From Escherichia phage FL20: a DNA stretch of 64,000 nucleotides. A program made the translations under genes and the position numbers. Under the pieces are notes generated by a model. The model searched no databases. It saw nothing but the letters and a program-made list of their open reading frames with translations, and was not told the origin of the DNA. The stretch lies in sequence record PP400781; one strand, given 5' to 3'. Below are positions 57,361-64,000 of the stretch, one piece after another (the stretch's first letter is position 1; every line of letters begins with the position of its first letter).

Positions 57361-57957
57361 TTAACCCTCTTTCGTCATTAATTGAAAACCACGTTCAGCT
57401 TTTGAAATTTCGCTAGGACTTAAATCGTCACCAACATATTCTAGCATCATTTCTCGGATAATGTCAAGTGCTTTTTCATCACCTGATTTTAACTCGAACT
57501 CAAGTTCATAGTGAGCATCTCCCATGACTTCGCCGACTTTGCAATAATAGAAAGTGTCTTTGCACATTTCCACTATAGCACCCTCAAGGTCAAGTGTCAA
57601 TGACTTGAGGTATGTCATTACTTGCAACAAAGGAACTATAAGGTCGGAGTTTACGCCTAGACTATCAACATAGTGATAGAAATCATCCATTGTTGAAAAA
57701 GTAATTTCTTCTCGGTTGAATAGTCCAGATTCACCATCACCTATTTTGATCATGATCAATGATCTATTAACGTCAAGTCGAGCATAAATTCCTTTTCGAC
57801 GCAGTGCATGATCTTCGGTATCATAATAAAATTCGTGTTTTAGAGTGTTAGCATGATCTACGATATTGTACCCGTCATACATTGCCGCCCACAAATCACA
57901 GATGGTTTCGACGCCAATTTGTGAGTGTACATAGTATTTTAATTCAAGTTCTTTCAT
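57361..57957 (-). CDS. CYTH-domain (triphosphate tunnel metalloenzyme) protein
   Basis: 198 aa; N-terminal ExExK (MKELELKYYV), YYDTEDHALRRKG...AR (YFDTPD...LR.R-type block), C-terminal ExExE (YELEFEL). Confidence 0.7.
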   Translation of the reverse strand: MKELELKYYVHSQIGVETICDLWAAMYDGYNIVDHANTLKHEFYYDTEDHALRRKGIYARLDVNRSLIMIKIGDGESGLFNREEITFSTMDDFYHYVDSLGVNSDLIVPLLQVMTYLKSLTLDLEGAIVEMCKDTFYYCKVGEVMGDAHYELEFELKSGDEKALDIIREMMLEYVGDDLSPSEISKAERGFQLMTKEG

Positions 57958-57967
57958 GTGTCAACCC

Positions 57968-58915
57968 TTAGAACTCACCAATTTTCTGTAACATTTTAAC
58001 TAACGCATTTGTTACAAAATAGTTATAAATTTTACCGCGTGGTGCTGGTTTAGATTTTTCCCATGCTAACAAAATTTCATATTCGATGTTATCGGGAATA
58101 AATTCAAAATCAATAAGTTCGCGGTTTTCGTCAAAGCGTCGTGCTTCTTCCTCTGTCATCAAAGACTTTGGATCTTCGGCATCGAAAATTTGCTCTAACC
58201 ATTTGGTTGCAATTGGTTTAGCTCGTTCTCCTTCCAGTCGTGAGATAATGAAATCACTACGGCACTTGATCGAAGCTACACCGTCTTTTGCGTCACCCTT
58301 AACACATTTTACCATAAGGTCTTTGTAAGGGCTACCATATTTGCATTTCTTCCATGCTTTCTGTACTGGCGCCCACTGTTTCACATTTTTGTATTTGTGC
58401 AACTGTGTGTAGTCACCATCGCCGGAGTTGATTAGCACCTGGCGACCTTCTACAGAAAACTTTTTAGTTAATACAGCGATTATGTCATCTGCTTCAACTT
58501 TGTCAACCTTAATAACGTGATAAGGCATGTTCTCTTTAAACTCTTCGGTGATCTTATTGATCGCAGCAAAGATCATCTCCCAATCACGCGGATCTGCGTC
58601 TCGTTTTTCCTTACGGTTGCGTTTATAGTAAGGGGCGATATCACGTCGCCAGTAACCTTTGCTTGAATCAAAAGCAAGTACCGTAATAGGGTATTGCTCT
58701 TTGAATTTTGTCATATTATAACGCATGGTGTCAAGAATAAGATGACGGATCATGCCTTCATTAATAGGATCTTCCGGTTTAAAGGTATGCGAGATAGTGG
58801 CAATCATAAGCTGCGACATATCAATCAAATGCACACCTTCCGGTAGTTTATCTTCTGGATCATCGAAGAAATCATTAAGTGTAGCGGTCGTTTTTGTAAA
58901 CGGGTTATACGTCAT
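57968..58915 (-). CDS. rnh: RNase H (FEN-family 5'-3' exonuclease)
   Basis: 315 aa; blocks MIRHLIL, GYWRRD, YHVIKVDKVEADDIIAVL, SGDGDYTQLHKY.NVKQW.P, PRGKIY.YFV match T4 RNase H. Confidence 0.93.
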   Translation of the reverse strand: MTYNPFTKTTATLNDFFDDPEDKLPEGVHLIDMSQLMIATISHTFKPEDPINEGMIRHLILDTMRYNMTKFKEQYPITVLAFDSSKGYWRRDIAPYYKRNRKEKRDADPRDWEMIFAAINKITEEFKENMPYHVIKVDKVEADDIIAVLTKKFSVEGRQVLINSGDGDYTQLHKYKNVKQWAPVQKAWKKCKYGSPYKDLMVKCVKGDAKDGVASIKCRSDFIISRLEGERAKPIATKWLEQIFDAEDPKSLMTEEEARRFDENRELIDFEFIPDNIEYEILLAWEKSKPAPRGKIYNYFVTNALVKMLQKIGEF

Positions 58916-58917
58916 AA

Positions 58918-59103
58918 TTAAGTTCTCTCCACTCTCACAACAACATATTCTTCAAACGAGTTAGATACTTCACGGTCATACCCGTATTTCTCCATAACTC
59001 GCAGAATTGCATTGTTTAATTCGGCACGGAAATAATTGTAATCCTTATCAGGGATTCTGTCAACTACCCATTTTGCACCTTCTGACAAATCAACTTTAAC
59101 CAT
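58918..59103 (-). CDS. small hypothetical protein (61 aa)
   Basis: ORF between the HNH remnant and rnh. Confidence 0.4.
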   Translation of the reverse strand: MVKVDLSEGAKWVVDRIPDKDYNYFRAELNNAILRVMEKYGYDREVSNSFEEYVVVRVERT

Positions 59104-59109
59104 AATATA

Positions 59110-59675
59110 TCATCCTCTTTTTGGAAAATTTAAATAAGCATACTCGCCAACTCTTTCATGTGCTGCACGGTCATAAGCCTTAGCCGCCTCAACTTCTGTC
59201 TCAAAGTATCCTAGATGTATATTCTTTCGATTGATAACAATATACGCCTTCCACGGCTTTTTCTTGCTTGTTGATAATGATACACCTTTATATTTGCTAT
59301 GACAAGCCTTTTTCTTTGAGACGTTAAACTGATTTTGCTGTTCTGTTGCTTCTCTCATGTTTGACGGTCTATTGTTAGTTTTGTCTTGGTCTATGTGATC
59401 TATTAGTTCAACCTGAGTACCATACTCTAAAAACCAGACAACTCTATGTACAAATAGATTAAGTTTATGACCATTGTTATAAAATGTAAAGTATAAATAT
59501 CCTTCTTTATGGAGACGTTACCCTTACCACATCACCTTTTTTGTATCTGGACCCTTCTTTTCGGAATCCAGCAGCTACAGAATCCTTTAAATGGTATAAT
59601 ATTCCATCAACATGATAAAATCTACCTTTTATCGCTTTCTGTGTCTCGATATCCCAAAATTTTGTTTTTGCCACA
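59110..59675 (-). pseudogene. decayed HNH-AP2 homing endonuclease (approximate upstream limit)
   Basis: Track ORF 59110-59358 is an AP2 domain (YKGVS...KPWKAYI...GYFETEVEAAKAYDRAA); the same frame upstream, with no start codon, reads HRVVWFLEYGTQVELIDHIDQDKTNNRPSN (HNH_3 motif) and is closed by stop codons; an N-terminal fragment lies in another frame. Confidence 0.6.
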
Positions 59676-59725
59676 ACAACACCTCACACAATAAATAATT
59701 TCATATTATAACAGGAGACCCAATA

Positions 59726-62700
59726 ATGGCAGATTTTTCTCAACATTTCAAGGCCACATTTGGCTTTGACGCTGGTAATGAAAAGGTCGTCAATGTAGCA
59801 TACGCAGATAAAAACACATCAACGGATGCGGTCAACGTTGAATTTTTCAATTACCATAATGGTATTACTCAGTATGACACAACTCGCGGTTATGATCAAT
59901 ACGGAACTACAATCTATCAAAACCGTCCATATTATGCAAAAGAAGATATCACAAAGCCAGCAGGTGATTTTGACCCGACTAAATGGCAAGCACTGCGCAC
60001 GGACCCACGTTGGGATTATGTTGCAGCCACTTCCGGTGATACTCCTTTAAAGTCTGGTGATTATATCGCAGCAGATGGTCAATTTGCAAACTTGACTTTC
60101 TCTATGCCAACTAAACCAGCAGAGGGAGACACTATAACAGTAAAAGATATCGGTGGCAAGTGTGGTGTTAACGAATTATCGTTCTTGAGTTCAGGACACG
60201 AGTTTTACCATAACGGTAATGTGTATAACCGAAAATGGTATTGCACTACCCCGTATGCAATGAACTATTTCATCTTTGTTCGGAATCGTTGGCATGTTTA
60301 TCAGACGGGAACAGAGCCGCGCGGTGTGTACGCACAGCCAGCGATTGATGCTATTCAAATGCAGAATGGTGATCAGGTATTTCGTCGTAGTTCGTTGGGT
60401 AATATTACCTTAGTGCTTCCTAAGTTTGCCAACAATGGCGACATGATCCAGACTACAGACCTTGACGGATTAACCGCAACCAACCACGTTACGGTTAAAG
60501 TTCATGAGCACGCAGAAGAACAATCAATTGGCACGTCCGGTCTAAAAGAGATTATCGGTAAGCGTAGCGGTCATGGTGTATTCATCTTTGACAAGACGGA
60601 AAACTTATGGCGTTTGTGGGATGATGATCAGTCTGTTCGTCTTAACCCGATCATCAATGACACTCGCTTGCAACCTAATAGCTATGTTGCTGTATTTGGT
60701 GGTCGTGATGTTACTCTGACGCTGCCGACCAATGTCGAGCCGGGTGATCGTATTCAAGTTTCTATGCAGTATATGCACGGAAACCAGACTTGCCGAATCA
60801 TTACCTCAGAAGAGGATACAAAAATCCTTATGCAGAAAAACATGGTTCAGTTTCCTAAGCGTAGCGAGTACCCATTCAATGGGACCGATACATGGACTGG
60901 AGTGTCTGAATTGTCTTTCAACGCTGCAAATGATTATGTACCTTATCTGGAGTTCTCTTATTCAGAAGGTGATGATGGTAAGAAATACTGGTTGGTGGCA
61001 CATGCTCACCCGATTGTAGAACGAGTAGATCCGACTCGTAAAGATCGTGTTGGTGTAATTGCACTGGCTACCCAGGATGAAACAAACAAAAACCATGAAG
61101 ATAATCCTAGCGACGAAGTTGCGGTGACTCCAAAGGTTCTGGCTAACAAAACAGCCAACGAAACTCGACGCGGTATTGCTCGCATTGCGACTCAAGCGGA
61201 AACGCATCAAGATACTGGTTCCAACTTCCTGGATGATGTTATCGTTACGCCTAAAAAGTTAAATGACTGTGTTGCTACCGAAGCCCGTCGTGGTGTGATG
61301 GAAATTGCAACCCAGCACGAAACCAATGAAGGTTTAGACGATACCCGCGCTATTACTCCTAAGAAATTAGAAGAACGTCGCGCTTCCGAAGATCTCGCTG
61401 GTATTGCTGAAATTGTTCAGGTTGGCGGTAGTGCTGCCGCTCGACGTGGCGAAGCTGGTACAGGGATCTATAACATCAACGACCATGCTAAAATTGTTAC
61501 GCCACAAAACATCAACGAAGTCAAGGCGACCGAAACTTCCCGTGGTGTTGGCTATCTGGCAACTGACGCGGAAGTGCAAGGGGCTACAGAATCAACCCCG
61601 CAAGATGCTTTACTAATCACGACTCGCACGCTAACGAAACGTACTGCTACCGAATCTCGCACTGGTATCGCTGAAATTGCAACTCAGGAAGAAACAAACT
61701 TAGGTCAAAGTGATAACCATATCATCACGCCTAAAAAGCTGCATACTCGCCGCGCAACGGAAACTTTACACGGTTTAGCAGAAATTGCAACTCAGTCGGA
61801 ATTTGACGCAGGTCTTGACGATGCTCGCATTTCTACCCCATTGAAGATTAAAACCTTCTTTGAGAATGCACAGCGTTTGAAAGTAGATCCGACTCAGGGG
61901 CTTAACCTTACTGGTGATTTGTGGCAAGGTATCATGATCAGCGGTCTGGATGCAACCGAAGACACAAAAGGTGTCTCTAAAGTTGCTACTACTCAGCTTA
62001 CGGATGCTGGTCAAGATGATACTACAATCATCACTCCTAAAAAGCTGCAAGGCAAAAAGGCCACCGAAGGTAAAGAAGGTATTATCCGAGTTGGTACTCA
62101 AGCCGAAACCGTGGCTGGTATTATGGACAATGTAGCAATTTCTCCGAAGAACTTCAAATATGTTGTTCAGACAGAGGATACATGGAAAGCAACCGAAGCG
62201 CGTCGTGGATTCTTGAAAGTTGCTACTCAGGAAAACTGTTTTGTTGGTGATAATCTGCAAGGTTCTACTCAAGAACTAGGAAACTACCAGCATGACGGAA
62301 TTGCTGTTACCCCTAAAGGATTAAACTACGCACTTGCTAATTTCTTACCTAAGATGGCAACCGCTCAGAATAGTTTGAAATTGGGTAACGTAGAGGCCGC
62401 TAAATGGGCGCGTAGAGACGTTGACCAGACCATTGAGAGCAATTACACGTTTAATAAAAAAGTTAACGTGAAGGGCGATTTAGAGTGCTTAAAATCTGGT
62501 TCCTTTGAAACTCTGTCTGTGACTAAGAACTCAACCGATGATCCGAGTAATGGTCATCTGGTGTTGGGTGAGCGTGGAGTTGACGGTCACACCGGAATTA
62601 CTCTGCATGGCACAACCGCATCGGAAGGCATGGAAAACTCATGGTCTATTATCGTTGGTGGCACTGGAACATCTCAAGTTGTTGATAGTAATGCTATCGC

Positions 62701-63466
62701 TTTCGGTAAAATCAATGATGGTGGAGTCGTCGAGCATTACGCCTTTGCTATGGAACACAATGGCGACGCGACAGCATATAGAGACTTTATTGCAGGTCGT
62801 AACCTGTATGCGAAACAAGGCGGTTTATACATTGTTGACCAGTCTAATCCGGCAATGACTCGTTCCCCAGATGGTATGCTGAATATCGGTCACGGTGGAA
62901 GTGTTAACATCAAGGCAGGTCATCAAACGTTAACTACAGAGATCGCCGGACAGAAATATCAGATCGTCCACGCAGGAAACGCAGACGAAGTTCTTAACCG
63001 TCAGTTTGTTAAGAATGCTGGCGATACAATGGTCGGTAAGCTGACTATGGATAATGCGCCTATTGTTTCTGTTAAGCATGAAGCTAGCGCGGCAACCGCT
63101 CCGGCAATCAGCAACATCGGTTTCTGGAATATGCGCGTTACTACCCAGAACATCAAAGAAACTTATCCAGAGAAGAAAAACGGTACTCTGATGCAATGGG
63201 GTACTGACGCGGACGGGCTTACCCAGCTTTGGTCCCCCGATGGTACTCATAAACATTATATCCGTTCCGGTACTGGTGGTCAATGGACCGCATGGGGTGA
63301 AATTTACACCAAACAGAATAAGCCTACCGCTCAGGAAATCGGGGCAGTAGTTGCAGAAGGTGGTTTAATGAACTCTATGACGGTTCGTGACTGGATCAAA
63401 GTTGGTAATGTTAAAATCATCGCCAATAATCTGACTCGTACCGTAGACTTTATCTGGGAAGACTAA
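59726..63466 (+). CDS. 34: long tail fiber proximal subunit gp34
   Basis: 1246 aa; synteny after rnh; C-terminus ...RDWIKVGNVKII...FIWED and repeated ...TPKKL...TE.R.G.A.IATQ.E units as in T4 gp34. Confidence 0.9.
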   Translation: MADFSQHFKATFGFDAGNEKVVNVAYADKNTSTDAVNVEFFNYHNGITQYDTTRGYDQYGTTIYQNRPYYAKEDITKPAGDFDPTKWQALRTDPRWDYVAATSGDTPLKSGDYIAADGQFANLTFSMPTKPAEGDTITVKDIGGKCGVNELSFLSSGHEFYHNGNVYNRKWYCTTPYAMNYFIFVRNRWHVYQTGTEPRGVYAQPAIDAIQMQNGDQVFRRSSLGNITLVLPKFANNGDMIQTTDLDGLTATNHVTVKVHEHAEEQSIGTSGLKEIIGKRSGHGVFIFDKTENLWRLWDDDQSVRLNPIINDTRLQPNSYVAVFGGRDVTLTLPTNVEPGDRIQVSMQYMHGNQTCRIITSEEDTKILMQKNMVQFPKRSEYPFNGTDTWTGVSELSFNAANDYVPYLEFSYSEGDDGKKYWLVAHAHPIVERVDPTRKDRVGVIALATQDETNKNHEDNPSDEVAVTPKVLANKTANETRRGIARIATQAETHQDTGSNFLDDVIVTPKKLNDCVATEARRGVMEIATQHETNEGLDDTRAITPKKLEERRASEDLAGIAEIVQVGGSAAARRGEAGTGIYNINDHAKIVTPQNINEVKATETSRGVGYLATDAEVQGATESTPQDALLITTRTLTKRTATESRTGIAEIATQEETNLGQSDNHIITPKKLHTRRATETLHGLAEIATQSEFDAGLDDARISTPLKIKTFFENAQRLKVDPTQGLNLTGDLWQGIMISGLDATEDTKGVSKVATTQLTDAGQDDTTIITPKKLQGKKATEGKEGIIRVGTQAETVAGIMDNVAISPKNFKYVVQTEDTWKATEARRGFLKVATQENCFVGDNLQGSTQELGNYQHDGIAVTPKGLNYALANFLPKMATAQNSLKLGNVEAAKWARRDVDQTIESNYTFNKKVNVKGDLECLKSGSFETLSVTKNSTDDPSNGHLVLGERGVDGHTGITLHGTTASEGMENSWSIIVGGTGTSQVVDSNAIAFGKINDGGVVEHYAFAMEHNGDATAYRDFIAGRNLYAKQGGLYIVDQSNPAMTRSPDGMLNIGHGGSVNIKAGHQTLTTEIAGQKYQIVHAGNADEVLNRQFVKNAGDTMVGKLTMDNAPIVSVKHEASAATAPAISNIGFWNMRVTTQNIKETYPEKKNGTLMQWGTDADGLTQLWSPDGTHKHYIRSGTGGQWTAWGEIYTKQNKPTAQEIGAVVAEGGLMNSMTVRDWIKVGNVKIIANNLTRTVDFIWED

Positions 63467-63470
63467 TTAA

Positions 63471-63488
63471 AGGGGGCGAAAGCCCCCC
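63471..63488 (+). other. GC hairpin between genes 34 and 35 (approximate)
   Basis: gggggc-gaaa-gccccc inverted repeat; no clear T-tract. Confidence 0.4.
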
Positions 63489-63500
63489 TATGGGGTTATT

Positions 63501-64000
63501 ATGACACAAGAGATAGAATTACGCAACACTGGAATTAGGTTTGCGCATTTCGACGAAGACTCTGCGACATTTACCAACATTTCAGAAAATAACTCTGTGA
63601 TGTATAAGCTGGAAGTGCGCGGATCTAATGCGGATTCTACCAAACCAGCAAGAATTAGATTTAATGGAGTGGAGATCGTCGGGACTGGCTATGAGACTGG
63701 CCTAAACTTTAAAGTTTTTACTCCAACTGGACAATTGCACGAAGAAAAGGTATTCTATGGTCGTGGTGCTGTATTGGGAATGCGTGATTATCTTTATTTG
63801 CTAAAAGGCGACTATATCATTGCGATGGCAACGCATGGAGAATTGTTTGCAGATCCGATAAGTGATGATATATTTTCTAAGCTGGGATCTGTATCATTCC
63901 CGAATCACATTTTGTTACAGCAAATGCCTCGTGTATCCTATGCAGCAATTTATTCGACTAAAATGGGCAAAATTGTGTGCGAAGGGATGCAAGCAACGCA
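63501..64000 (+). CDS. 35: long tail fiber hinge protein gp35, N-terminal part (3' end outside window)
   Basis: ATG after gene 34 with reading frame open to the window end; assignment by synteny and loose N-terminal resemblance. Confidence 0.6.
   Translation, partial: MTQEIELRNTGIRFAHFDEDSATFTNISENNSVMYKLEVRGSNADSTKPARIRFNGVEIVGTGYETGLNFKVFTPTGQLHEEKVFYGRGAVLGMRDYLYLLKGDYIIAMATHGELFADPISDDIFSKLGSVSFPNHILLQQMPRVSYAAIYSTKMGKIVCEGMQAT

Noticed and set aside
59492-59499. TATAAATA about 230 bp upstream of gene 34 as its late promoter
   Set aside because: Plausible but unusually far from the start and inside a pseudogene; a closer AATAAATA variant also exists. Not reported as a feature without transcript data.
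59509-59694. Plus-strand 61-aa track ORF upstream of gene 34
   Set aside because: It lies antisense within the decayed HNH-AP2 endonuclease remnant and has no RBS.

Overview
The window is a contiguous piece of a T4-like myovirus genome (Tevenvirinae), collinear with T4 genes 16 through 35. From protein motifs and synteny I recognise: terminase (16 partial, 17), tail sheath/tube (18, 19), portal and head genes (20, 67, 68, 21, 22, 23, 24), hoc, inh, a segE-like GIY-YIG endonuclease, uvsW, uvsW.1, uvsY, baseplate genes (25, 26, 51, 27, 28, 29, 48, 54), alt, DNA ligase (30), 31, cd, pseT, candidate spanins, rnlA, denA, nrdB, nrdA, td, frd, 32, 59, 33, dsbA, rnh, 34 and the start of 35. Major capsid protein identity to T4 is roughly 70-80 percent by eye, so this is a relative of T4 (possibly RB49/Krischvirus-like), not T4 itself. 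Between the conserved modules sit accessory insertions at the classical T4 hyperplastic loci. The largest (about 30.8-38.2 kb, with smaller arrays at 46.6-47.5, 49.5 and 54.4 kb) is an array of at least 16 copies of a ~65-bp early promoter/stem-loop cassette (PeSL-type), each driving a small ORF. Accessory cargo I consider most worth follow-up: (1) a five-gene operon encoding a TRD-less C5-cytosine methyltransferase core, a CxxC zinc-ribbon protein and a DUF262/ParB-like protein; (2) a family of six paralogous small early proteins with a conserved HxHW...(V/I)A(V/I)DV motif; (3) a CYTH/triphosphate-tunnel protein inserted between dsbA and rnh; (4) an ADP-ribosylation toolkit (Alt, a second 274-aa Alt-like ART, and a NADAR-like candidate eraser next to ligase); (5) a DprA/SLOG-like protein in the rnlB locus; (6) a thymidylate synthase with a ~135-aa in-frame insertion. 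There are also several HNH/GIY-YIG homing endonucleases, two of them decayed. All calls are from reading the sequence and ORF translations; no database search was run. Coordinates tied to the ORF track are exact; coordinates of promoters, hairpins and sub-60-aa ORFs that I read myself are approximate (about +/-3 bp). Many antisense ORFs in the supplied track are treated as spurious.
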